From assembly GCA_963675245.1 (NCBI GenBank), contig OY775910.1, positions 320,001-384,000 on the forward strand: a DNA stretch of 64,000 nucleotides, given 5' to 3'. The notes beneath the pieces are model-generated. The model did not search any database, was not told where the DNA came from, and was given only the letters and a program-made list of their open reading frames with translations. The stretch is from Acholeplasmataceae bacterium. Its GTDB lineage: Bacteria; Bacillota_I; Bacilli_A; Acholeplasmatales; Acholeplasmataceae. This document shows positions 39,153 to 50,200 of the stretch, one piece after another (positions within the stretch are counted from its first letter, which is position 1; the number at the start of each line of letters is the position of its first letter). Both the position numbers and the translations under genes were made by a program.

Positions 39153-41777
39153 TTAGCGAGGATTTTTGATGTTTGCGTGAGCCGCAGCAAGTCTCGCAAT
39201 TGGTACTCTAAATGGTGAACATGAGACATATGTTAAACCGATATTGTGACAGAATTCAACTGATTCTGGGTCACCACCGTGTTCACCACAAATACCAAGT
39301 TTAATATTTGGTCTTGTTTCTTTACCTAACTTAGATGCCATCTTCATGAGTTTACCAACACCTGCTTGGTCAACATGTGCAAATGGATCATTGACGAAGA
39401 TTTTCTTTTCATAATAATCGCTTAAGAATTTACCAGCATCATCACGACTGAATCCAAATGTCATTTGTGTTAAATCGTTTGTACCAAAGCTGAAGAATTC
39501 AGCTTCTTTTGCAATTTCATCAGCGAGTAATGCAGCTCTTGGAATTTCAATCATTGTACCAACATGATATTCTAATGAAATGCCTGATTCTTTAATAATC
39601 GCATCTGCCACTTTAACAACGACATCTTTGACGAATTTAAGTTCTCTGACTTCACCAACAAGAGGAATCATGATTTCAGGTACAACTTTTAAGCCTTCTT
39701 TAGTAACAGCGATGGCTGCTTCAATCACGGCACGTGTTTGCATTTCTGCAATTTCAGGATAAGTGATGCTTAAGCGAACACCACGGTGTCCTAACATTGG
39801 ATTACTTTCATGTAATTCAATAATCGTATTTGTAAGTTCACTGACAGGGATTCCCATATCAACAGCTAAATGTTGGATATCTTTAGGATCAGTTGGCAGG
39901 AATTCATGTAGTGGTGGGTCTAAGTAACGAATGGTAACAGGGAAGCCTCTCATTGCCTTATAAAGACCAATAAAGTCTTCTCTTTGCATAGGTAGAATCT
40001 TCTCTAAAGCTTTTTTACGTTCGTCTTTATTCTTAGCAGCAATCATTTCTCTTACTGCAGAAATTCTGCCTTCTTCAAAGAACATATGTTCTGTACGGCA
40101 TAAACCAATACCATGTGCACCAAAGTCATAAGCTACTTTTGCATCATGTGGGTTATCAGCATTTGCTCTAACATCTAATGAACGATATTTATCAGCCCAA
40201 GCCATTAATGTTTCAAAATCACCAGAAACAGTTGCATCCATAGTTTCAACTTTTTGGCCATAAACCTTACCAGTTGAGCCATCTAATGAAATCCAGTCGC
40301 CTTCTTTAAAAGATTCGCCACCGACTTCAAATACTTTTTCTTCTTCATTAACATGGACTTGACCAGCACCAGCAACACAGCATGTACCCATACCACGCGC
40401 AACGACTGCTGCGTGTGATGTCATACCACCACGAGCTGTTAAAATACCAGAAGCAACTGCCATACCTTCTATATCTTCAGGTGATGTTTCTTCACGAACT
40501 AAGATAACAGGTAAGCCATCAGCTTCATGTAATTCTTTCGCACGATCAGCAGTGAAGACGACACGTCCAGTAGCAGCACCAGGAGATGCATTAAGACCTG
40601 TTGTAATGACTCTAGCTGATTTTAATGCTTTTGGTTCGAACTGTGGATGTAAAAGAGAATCCAATTGTTTTGGCTCTACTTTTAATACAGCTTCTTTTTC
40701 TGATAAAACGCCTTCTTTTACAAGATCAATCGCGATCTTTAAAGCAGCTTGTGCTGTACGTTTACCATTTCTTGTTTGTAACATGAAAAGTTTTCCACGT
40801 TCAATCGTGAATTCCATATCTTGCATGTCACGATAATGTTCTTCTAGTTTTTCAGCAACTTTAACGAAATCTTTGTAAAGTTGTGGATTATCTTTTTGTA
40901 ATTCTGCAATTGGTTTAGGTGTACGAATACCTGCAACAACATCTTCACCTTGTGCATTAAATAAGTATTCACCATATAATACTTTTTCGCCAGTAGATGG
41001 GTTACGTGTAAAGGCAACACCTGTACCAGAATCATCACCCATATTGCCGAAGACCATACTTTGTACGTTTACTGCTGTACCCCATTCATATGGAATACCT
41101 TGTAAACGACGATATGTATTCGCACGTGGGTTGTCCCATGAACGGAATACAGCTGTAATCGCTTCAATTAATTGCACACGTGGATCTTGTGGGAATGGTT
41201 CTCCTTTAAGTTCTAAATACTTTTCTTTGTATTCTGCAACTAATCTTCCCATATCGTCTGCGTCTAATTCTGTATCTTGTTCAACGCCTTTTGCTTGTTT
41301 CATGTTGTGTAAGAGTTTTTCATAATTATCTTTTGAAATTCCCATAACAACATCAGAAAACATTTGAATAAAACGACGATAAGAGTCATAAGCGAAACGT
41401 GGATTATTCGTGAGTTTTGCTAACCCTAAAACAGCTTCGTCATTCAAGCCTAAGTTTAAGATGGTATCCATCATACCTGGCATTGATGCACGTGCACCAG
41501 AGCGAACAGATACTAAGAATGGATCCGCAGGATCACCAAACGTTTTGCCAACCACCTTTTCAGTGACTTTTAACGCTTCATTAATTTGTTTAATGATGTC
41601 CTCTGAAATGACTTTACCTTTATCGTAGTAGTCATTACATGCTTCTGTTGTTACTGTGAAACCTTGTGGTACTGGTAAACCAAGCGATGTCATTTCAGCT
41701 AAGTTTGCACCTTTACCACCGAGAAGATTCCGCATACTTGCGTCGCCTTCTTTAAACAAGTAAACATACTTTTTCAT
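39153..41777 (-). CDS. ppdK: Pyruvate, phosphate dikinase
   Basis: LLGGKGANLAEM, SMPGMMDT, GGMTSHAAVVARG, GTNDL, CGEHGGDP; true start is MKKYVY at 41777. Confidence 0.98.
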   Translation of the reverse strand: MKKYVYLFKEGDASMRNLLGGKGANLAEMTSLGLPVPQGFTVTTEACNDYYDKGKVISEDIIKQINEALKVTEKVVGKTFGDPADPFLVSVRSGARASMPGMMDTILNLGLNDEAVLGLAKLTNNPRFAYDSYRRFIQMFSDVVMGISKDNYEKLLHNMKQAKGVEQDTELDADDMGRLVAEYKEKYLELKGEPFPQDPRVQLIEAITAVFRSWDNPRANTYRRLQGIPYEWGTAVNVQSMVFGNMGDDSGTGVAFTRNPSTGEKVLYGEYLFNAQGEDVVAGIRTPKPIAELQKDNPQLYKDFVKVAEKLEEHYRDMQDMEFTIERGKLFMLQTRNGKRTAQAALKIAIDLVKEGVLSEKEAVLKVEPKQLDSLLHPQFEPKALKSARVITTGLNASPGAATGRVVFTADRAKELHEADGLPVILVREETSPEDIEGMAVASGILTARGGMTSHAAVVARGMGTCCVAGAGQVHVNEEEKVFEVGGESFKEGDWISLDGSTGKVYGQKVETMDATVSGDFETLMAWADKYRSLDVRANADNPHDAKVAYDFGAHGIGLCRTEHMFFEEGRISAVREMIAAKNKDERKKALEKILPMQREDFIGLYKAMRGFPVTIRYLDPPLHEFLPTDPKDIQHLAVDMGIPVSELTNTIIELHESNPMLGHRGVRLSITYPEIAEMQTRAVIEAAIAVTKEGLKVVPEIMIPLVGEVRELKFVKDVVVKVADAIIKESGISLEYHVGTMIEIPRAALLADEIAKEAEFFSFGTNDLTQMTFGFSRDDAGKFLSDYYEKKIFVNDPFAHVDQAGVGKLMKMASKLGKETRPNIKLGICGEHGGDPESVEFCHNIGLTYVSCSPFRVPIARLAAAHANIKNPR

Positions 41778-41817
41778 TTTGTATTTTCCTTCCCTTGAAA
41801 TGTTTATTTTATAAGTA

Positions 41818-42768
41818 TTATGATACCTTTTTAACCAAACCGTATAATTGACTCTTTGGGCGTAATTGATCGACAATGTTCGCAAACGGTAAGTAAACCA
41901 TGCGATTATCTCTCACACCGACACATACACCATAAATGCCATCATTTAAGAGTTCAATGGCATATTCACCCATTCTAGATGCTAGAATTCTATCATCTGG
42001 ACACGGTGAACCACCTCTTTGAATATAACCAAGAACCGTTGCTCTTGAACTAAAACCTGAAAGTGTAGAAATTTCTTTTGCTAATGCATGAACATCAAGT
42101 ATCTTTTCAGTGACAACGATAATTGCATGTCTTCTACCTTCATCTTTATAATGTTTAATGGTCTTAATCATTGTATCTTTATCAACAGGATTTTCAGGTG
42201 TGACGATAAATTCTGCACCACCGCATATACCAGCATGTACCGCTAAATCACCACAACGTCTTCCCATAACTTCAATAATTGAAACACGTTGATGAGAACT
42301 TGATGTGTCTCTTAATTTATCAATCGCGTCAACAATCGTTTCAACTGCTGTCGCGAAACCAATCGTATAATCAGTACCAGAAATATCGTTATCAATGGTT
42401 CCAGGTAAACCAATTGTTTTTACACCTAATTTAGAAAGTGCCATCGCACCACGATAAGTACCATCTCCACCGATTGTGATTAACGCTTCAATACCTCTGT
42501 CTTTTAGATTTTTAGCTGCTATTTTCCGTGTTGCCAATTCGTGAAATTCAGGTAATCTAGTTGTTCCTAAAAATGTACCACCTCTTGATAACATACCCGA
42601 TACACGCTTATGATCAAGAAGTTCCATGTCGTTTTCAACAAGTCCTCTATAGCCATCTCTAATGCCATATACTTCGTGTCCATAGAATTCACCAGCACGT
42701 ACAACCGCACGAACTGCAGCATTCATTCCAGGAGCATCTCCACCAGATGTCAAAACACCAATTTTCAT
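41818..42768 (-). CDS. pfkA: ATP-dependent 6-phosphofructokinase
   Basis: TSGGDAPGMN, GGDGT, PGTIDND, MGR. Confidence 0.96.
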   Translation of the reverse strand: MKIGVLTSGGDAPGMNAAVRAVVRAGEFYGHEVYGIRDGYRGLVENDMELLDHKRVSGMLSRGGTFLGTTRLPEFHELATRKIAAKNLKDRGIEALITIGGDGTYRGAMALSKLGVKTIGLPGTIDNDISGTDYTIGFATAVETIVDAIDKLRDTSSSHQRVSIIEVMGRRCGDLAVHAGICGGAEFIVTPENPVDKDTMIKTIKHYKDEGRRHAIIVVTEKILDVHALAKEISTLSGFSSRATVLGYIQRGGSPCPDDRILASRMGEYAIELLNDGIYGVCVGVRDNRMVYLPFANIVDQLRPKSQLYGLVKKVS

Positions 42769-42812
42769 GTCTACAACCCCTTTCTAAACAAAAATCCATA
42801 CATCATGCTTAT

Positions 42813-42832
42813 TATATCATATATATGATATA
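42813..42832. promoter_or_regulatory. Perfect 20-bp palindrome over the pfkA -10 region
   Basis: TATATCATATATATGATATA; TTGACA on the minus strand at 42840-42845. Confidence 0.45.
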
Positions 42833-42867
42833 TTTTGAATGTCAATTCAGCAAAAAATGAGTCGTTA

Positions 42868-42882
42868 AGAAACCGATTTCAA
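42868..42882 (-). promoter_or_regulatory. cre-like (CcpA/LacI-type) site
   Basis: TTGAAATCGGTTTCT fits WTGNAANCGNWNNCW. Confidence 0.5.
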
Positions 42883-42941
42883 CAAACATATCATCATTTT
42901 TATGTTACAATAAAAGAAAAACAGAAAATGGTGATTTAACA

Positions 42942-44186
42942 ATGAAAAATTTGAAAGGTGCAGCACTCCTAGGCCAATCTGGCGGACCTACATCGGTCAT
43001 TAATTCAAGTGCGGCTGGTGTTTTCCTAGAAGCACTTAAACAAGAACAAATTACAAATGTTTATGGCGCTGTCCACGGTATTAAAGGCATTTTAAACGAA
43101 GAGTTCTATGACATTGAACAAGAAGACGTTGAAGAACTCAAACGTTTAAAGAACACACCTTCTTCAGCAATCGGTAGTGTTCGTTACAAATTAAAGAATC
43201 CTAAAGTAGATGATTCTGAGTATCAAAGACTATTAGAAGTATTTAAGAAATATAATATTCGTTTCTTCTTCTACAACGGTGGAAATGATTCGATGGACAC
43301 ATGTAACAAAATTTCTAAATTCTTTAAAAAGAATGAATGGGATTGTAATGTCATGGGTGTACCAAAGACGATTGATAACGACTTAAATGTGACAGATCAC
43401 TCACCAGGTTATGGTAGTGCTGCTAAATATGTATCTACTTCACTTATGGAGCTGTATCATGACGCGACAGTTTATGATACAAAACAAGTCACTATCGTTG
43501 AAATTATGGGTCGTAATGCGGGTTGGTTAGTGGCTGCATCTGCACTTGCACAATATAAAGGACAAGGACCAGATCTTATTTATTTACCAGAATTACCATT
43601 CAATTTGGAAGAATTCCACACTGATTTAGCAAAAGTATTAGAAGAAAAAGGTAAAGCGATTGTTGCTGTTTCAGAAGGCATTAAAACAGCTGATGGTAAA
43701 TATATCCCTGAACTATTCCAAGAATTAAACAGAGATGCTTTCGGCCATGCACAACTTGGTGGTACTGCACAAGCATTAGCTGATGAAGTTAAACAAAAAT
43801 TTGGATGTAAAGTACGCGCAATTGAATTTTCACTCTTACAACGTTCTGCTGCTCACCTAGCGTCTAAAGTGGATGTTGAAGAAGCATTTAAAGCGGGTCA
43901 AAAAGCGGTTCAAGCAGCTGTACGTGGCACATCGGATAAAATGGTTGGATTCAAGCGTATTTCTTCAAACCCATATAAAATTAAGTATGCATTAATCCCA
44001 CTCGCGAAAGCGGCTAATACAGAACAAAAAGTACCACTTGAGTGGATCTTACCTCATGGTAAGGGTTTAACACAAGATTATGTGGATTATGCACTACCAC
44101 TTATTCAAGGTGAATCAAAAGCGAAACTCGAAGATGGTCTTCCAAGATTTGCTCAACTCAATAAAGTAAGAGTTACTAAAAAATAA
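42942..44186 (+). CDS. pfp: Probable PPi-dependent 6-phosphofructokinase
   Basis: GQSGGPT, GGNDSMD (Asp), PKTIDND (Lys), MGR. Confidence 0.85.
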   Translation: MKNLKGAALLGQSGGPTSVINSSAAGVFLEALKQEQITNVYGAVHGIKGILNEEFYDIEQEDVEELKRLKNTPSSAIGSVRYKLKNPKVDDSEYQRLLEVFKKYNIRFFFYNGGNDSMDTCNKISKFFKKNEWDCNVMGVPKTIDNDLNVTDHSPGYGSAAKYVSTSLMELYHDATVYDTKQVTIVEIMGRNAGWLVAASALAQYKGQGPDLIYLPELPFNLEEFHTDLAKVLEEKGKAIVAVSEGIKTADGKYIPELFQELNRDAFGHAQLGGTAQALADEVKQKFGCKVRAIEFSLLQRSAAHLASKVDVEEAFKAGQKAVQAAVRGTSDKMVGFKRISSNPYKIKYALIPLAKAANTEQKVPLEWILPHGKGLTQDYVDYALPLIQGESKAKLEDGLPRFAQLNKVRVTKK

Positions 44187-44192
44187 CTGTCA

Positions 44193-44260
44193 TAAGATGT
44201 TAGCCTAGCTAGCATCTTTTTTTATGTAAAGAAAAAGGAGCGAATCAATATCGCTCCTTT
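44193..44260. terminator. Two convergent terminators (pfp on +, giant gene on -)
   Basis: AAGATGTTAG...CTAGCATCTT with a T-run; AAGGAGCGA...TCGCTCCTT preceded by an A-run. Confidence 0.75.
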
Positions 44261-44273
44261 AAGTTAATACATG

Positions 44274-47200
44274 TTATTCAGCATCTTTTAAGACTTGAAT
44301 TAATTCTGCACGATCGACGCGTTCACTTAGACTTTCATCTGTCCAACGTGGAACTAAGAATAATGGGTTTGAACTACCTGGATCAATTAAGTCATCAATG
44401 ATGAAGTAAAGTATTGTGTTATTGTTATTGAACAATGTATCAATTTCTCCATCTGTCTTACCTGTGACATCAGCAACCGTAATTCCAAGAACTTCAGTAA
44501 TATCATTAATATTCAGAATGACCATTGCATCGTAAACGCCAACGATTTCTTCTTCTTTCATATCTTTACCTGGATCTAGTGGATCATAAGTTGTTGATGG
44601 TTCTAATGCATCTGCATAAGATTCTAATGTCGCGATACCACTACTAATAAATCCAGTAGAGATGAGTCTATAAACTGTTAAGCTATCAAGGGCAATGAGA
44701 TCACCTAATACCGTTCTAGTAAATGATGAATCGTTAATGGTTCCAAATGATCCTAATTGAGCCGTATCATTGCCACCATTGATAATAATCATTGCTTCAA
44801 TCACATCAGTGACTTCAGTCGCTTCCATATAGTCAAGTGGGTCGTCATTCATATGAGCAGTACTTGGTTCATCAAGTGTCGCTGCAATATTATCAGACAA
44901 TAAATTATGAATGAGATATGAATCAAATGCTGAGAATAGATGTGTTGGATCTCCAAGACCAATGTAATCAAGCAACTTCAACTTGCCGACTGTAATCGTA
45001 CTTAATGCGAAACTGCCACTTAAATCATTGAATCCTAGGACTGTTGGTCCCATAGCGTCTAATAAAGCTTGGATTTCATCTGCTTCCATACGACTTGTTC
45101 CACTAGCAGATGTATATGCTTCTGGAACAGAAGTATCATCTACTGAAAGTGCCGTTTCAATTTGTTCTGTCATTAAATTATGAATGATATAGGACTCATA
45201 ATCAGTTGATAAACCTACTAAGATACCTGTACCTAATCCTAAGTAATGTAGGTCTTGTAGATCTGATAGACCTACGGTTGTAATTGAAACTGGTGAACCA
45301 AAGTCTAATATACCAATAACGTCCATTGATTGAATCAATGCTTCAACTTCTAATGGTTTCATCCAATAATTACCTTCAACACTTAAATCATATGCTTCAG
45401 GAATGGTCAATTGGTCAACTGTTAATGCTGATTCAATTTGACTGGATACCATCTTGTGGATGATGTATGATTCATAATCGGTTGTGTAGGTACCTACTAA
45501 TCCTGTACCTAAGCCTAAATAATGAATGTTAAGTAAATCCGCTTTGCTTGTTGAACTGACTGAGAAGCCAGAACTGAAATTAATATCTAAAACATCTGGA
45601 CTCATCGCGATAATAAGTGCTTCGACTTCTAATGGTTTCATCCATGTATTACCTAATGTCGCGTCAACATAATACGCTTCAGGTAAATTGCCTTGATTCA
45701 CATTAAGTGTTAAATCAGCTTCAATTTGATCGGTAATCATCTTATGAATGATATATGAATCTAATTCATCTAGAGCAACAACATCTGGATCATCACCTAA
45801 ACCTAAATAGTGAACATCCATCAATACGCTACTATTAATAGTGCTGATTGAGAAACCGGTATTGAAATCAATATTCAATACAGTTGGTCCCATTGCAGTA
45901 ATCAATGCCTCAACTTCTTTTGCTTTCATCCAGTAATTTAGAGTTGTAGGCTCTTGGAAGTATGCTTCTGGAATTGTTAATTGGCTGACATTGAGTGTTG
46001 GATCCGATTCTATTTGTTCTGTAATGAGTTTATGTATAATATAAGATTCATAATCGGTTGTATATGTACCAACAAGTCCTGTACCTAAACCAAGATAATG
46101 AACATCCATTAAGACATCACTACTAATTGTACTGACTGAGAAACCAGTATTGAAATCAATATTGAGTACATCAGTGCCCATCGCGATGATGAGTGCTTCA
46201 ACCTCTTCTGGTGCCATCCATGTGTTGCCCAATGTTGGATCAACGTAATATGCTTCAGGAACGGTCAATTGATCTACACCGAGGTTAACATCATTTTCAA
46301 TTTGTTCTGTAATGAGTTTATGTATAATATAAGATTCATAATCGGTTGTATAAGTACCTACTAATCCTGTACCTAAACCTAAATAATGAACTTGCATGAG
46401 TTGAGTGCTTGTGACTGTACTAATAGAGAAACCCGTACTAAAGTTGATATTTAAAGCATCGGTACCCATCGCGATGATGAGTGCTTCTACTTCAAGAGGT
46501 TTCATCCATGTGTTACCTAATTTAGCATCAACATAATACGCTTCTGGAACAGTCGTTTCATCAACATTAAGTGTTAAATCCGCTTCAATTTGCTCTGTGA
46601 TTAACTTATGAATGATATAAGAGTCATAATCTGTTGTATACGTACCTACGAGTCCTGTACCTAAACCTAAATAATGAACTTGCATAAGTTGATCGCTTGT
46701 GACTGTGCTGATCGAGAAACCTGTATTGAAATCAATATTTAACACGTCTGTTCCCATCGCGATGATGAGTGCTTCTACTTCAAGTGGGTCCATCCAAGTG
46801 TTGCCTAATTTAGCATCAACATAATACGCTTCTGGAACAGTAACTTGATCCACATTAAGCGTTAGGTCCGCTTCAATTTGCTCTGTGATTAACTTATGAA
46901 TGATATAAGACTTATAATCTGTTGTATACGTGCCCACTAAACCTGCACCTAAACCTAGATAATGAACTTGCATAAGTTGATCGCTTGTGACAGAACTAAT
47001 GGAGAAACCTGTACTAAAGTTGATATTTAAAACATCGGTTCCCATCGCGATGATGAGTGCTTCTACTTCAAGTGGGTCCATCCACGTGTTACCCAATTTA
47101 GCATCAACATAATACGCTTCTGGGACAGTCGTCTCATCAACATTTAGTGTTAAATCAGCTTCAATTTGTTCTGTAATTAATTTATGAATAATATAAGAGT

Positions 47201-50200
47201 CATAATCTGTCGTATAAGTACCAACTAAACCTGCACCCAAACCTAAATAATGAACCTTCATGAGTTGATCGCTTGTGACTGCATTAATAGTAAAACCGGT
47301 ATTGAAGTCAATATTAAGAACATCCGGACCCATCGCGATAATAAGTGCTTCTACTTCTAATGGTTCCATCCAATCATTTAATGTTATTGAATTTTCGAAA
47401 TACGCCTCAGGTACAGTTGTTTGATCGACATTTAATGTCGCGTCAGCTTCGATTTGTTCTGTAATTAATTTATGAATAATATAAGAGTCTAGTTCCTCTG
47501 TGCCGGAAGCATTAGGATCATCTCCCAAGCCGAGATAATGAACTTTCAATAAATCTGTGCTTGTGACGCTACTCATAGAAAAACCAAGATTAAAATCAAT
47601 ACCTAATTCATCCATGGTTTGTATTAACGCTTGGATTTCATCTGCATTTAATCTAGTATAACCAGAATCATCATTATATGCTTCAGGTAACGTTAATTGA
47701 TTGACATTAAGTGTCGCATCTTTTTCAATCTGATCGGTAATCAGGTAATGAATAATATATGAATCATAATCATAACCAGCAACACCAACCTGATCTTCAC
47801 CTAAACCTAAATCATGTAAATTTTGTAATTCATTAACCGTCACGCTTGTAATAGCAAACGATTCAGAAAGTGATGTAATATTCAACACTTCTGCGCTCAT
47901 CGTAACAACCAATGCACGCATTTCATCTGTCTTCAAGCGTACAACCGTTGGATATGAAGCGATTGTTTCATATGCTTCAGGTAATGATACATTATCAATT
48001 GGCACAGCAACTACATTATTAAGTGCAGTAACGACTTGATCTGAGATCATCTGATTGATAATCTTAGATTCTGCATTTATAACACTCATGATTTGATCAT
48101 TTGTTATGGTATCAATTTGAAGATCTGTTGGATCTGTTTCTGGAGGTAATGTATTGACCGCTACAAATAATTTATGAATTTCATCTTTTGTTATCATACC
48201 AGCATAATCACCAGTCAATGCGAACGCATCAGCAGGGATAGTTAATGACGCTTGACCACTAATGGCGAGATTAAGAACAGCATATAAATACTCGGATTTA
48301 AGTAGTGCTTCATCATCAATTGATTTAATTGTATTTAAACCTAAGTCAATGTCATCAAAATTATCTGAAATGCCTAATTCTTTTAACCCATTAAAGATAT
48401 AGAATATTTCATCTTTAGATAATCTTTCGCTACCACCAGCTGGTGTATATAATGCTGGTGCAGGTATATCGAAATCGGCAGAATTAAATAGTGGGGTTGC
48501 TGAATCTGTTCCAGCAATCGTATCAATAATAAAATCATCAAGAAGAAGTTGTGAAATCATTGACTGCAAGAATTTACTGTCTACAAATTGATAGAAATCA
48601 TTATCTCTATCCTCAAGTGGGTCAGCACTTTCAGGAATATAAGAGGTCACTTCAAATAACCCTAATAATGATCCAATACCCGGATTTTCAATATCGATCA
48701 TACTAAATGAAATCATGATACTTCTCAATTCATTTCTAGAAATACGATTGACTTCTAGTTGATCAATTAAGTCTGCATCTGCATCTGCTTGACTACCTTT
48801 AGCATCAATCGGAACTGTAACATCTAATGTCATATCACCGAATGAACCAGCGAGTTGTTCCCCAATATAGTTACTAAAACCATCAAAACCTATAAGAGAC
48901 GCTAATATAAAGTATATGAAGTCAGAATCAATAAAGGTTGTAAAATCATCTGGAGATTCTACAGGGCTTACTAAACTTGTAAATGTATTAATACCGATAT
49001 CTTCCATATCTACTAATGAGATAGAAGTGAAAACTTTTCTAAATTCTGCTTTTGGTAAACGACCAACTTCAATCTGATCAATATTACCTAAATCAGCATC
49101 TGATTGTTGGCCTAACATCTCTACTGGTAGTGTTAAATCAAGTGTCGACATATCAATACCAAGTGATGGTCCAAGTTGATCAGAGATCAGGTTTGTTACT
49201 GCAGGATCCTGTAAGATGCCATCAATCACTGAATAGATATATCCAGAGCTTAAGAAACGATCAAAATCATCATGACCTGTTGTTACATCAATGTTTCTAT
49301 CAAACATTTCTGTAAACATATCTAGCCCAATGTCTTCAAAATTACTTAATTGCATCGCTTTTAACATCAACAAAATATTGGTTGCCTCTTCTGTAACTAA
49401 GACATCCGTTGGTGCATAAGCAGCATCCAATAAAAGTGGGTCCATACCAAATATCGTCGCATCCACAGTAAATAAATCTTGTGCATCATTAATCGTGTCA
49501 GCTAATCCTTGTTGGAAAAGAGGATCAGTAATTAAGTCACTGATAATACCATGAATAAGTGATGAGCTCATGAGTGCATCAATAGACGCATCATCTGTTT
49601 GATTGAATGCTTGTAAGAAAACGCTGATATCGTTACCTCTTAATTCTCCAATCGTCGTAAAGCCCATCGTTTGATTCATATCATCAAGGAGTGTGGCCAC
49701 ACCATTGATTAAATCCGTAAATGCACCCGCTTCTAATACACCGTTCGCATTCACTAAATGCGCCGGTGTAGCAAGTACATGTCCAAAGAGTGAATCAGAT
49801 AAAGATGCACCTTGACTATCAATTAAGTTAGTGACAGATGCGCGTAAAATCAATGAATTATCTAAATTTCCAAATGCAGCGTTTGCTTCAGTAACATCTG
49901 CAAACTTCGTGATGACTTCAATTGGTAAACCTGATGCCACTGCCATATAAGACTGTACACCAGAAGCACTTAAGGTCACACCATCGACTTCACCTATTGA
50001 TGTAGCTATATCAAATACTGCACCAATTAATGCGCTAATTTCTGTATCCCATGCTGTATTTTCAATTTGATCAGAGCCGATAGGTAGAGAATCAGGAATG
50101 GTTAAATATTCCGATAATGAACCTTCATTAGCGAGTTTTTGTAGTTGATTAACAATGTTATAGAATATTAAATCCGAACGATCATCAGTACTTGTTAAGA

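Noticed and set aside
41778..41885. N-terminal extension of PPDK overlapping pfkA
   Set aside because: Homology starts at MKKYVY (41777), which has its own SD; the extension is a longest-ORF artefact
44900..48070. 288-nt DNA repeats as a CRISPR array, DGR template or assembly artefact
   Set aside because: They are in-frame coding repeats with many synonymous differences and no spacer structure; no cas or reverse transcriptase gene is in the window
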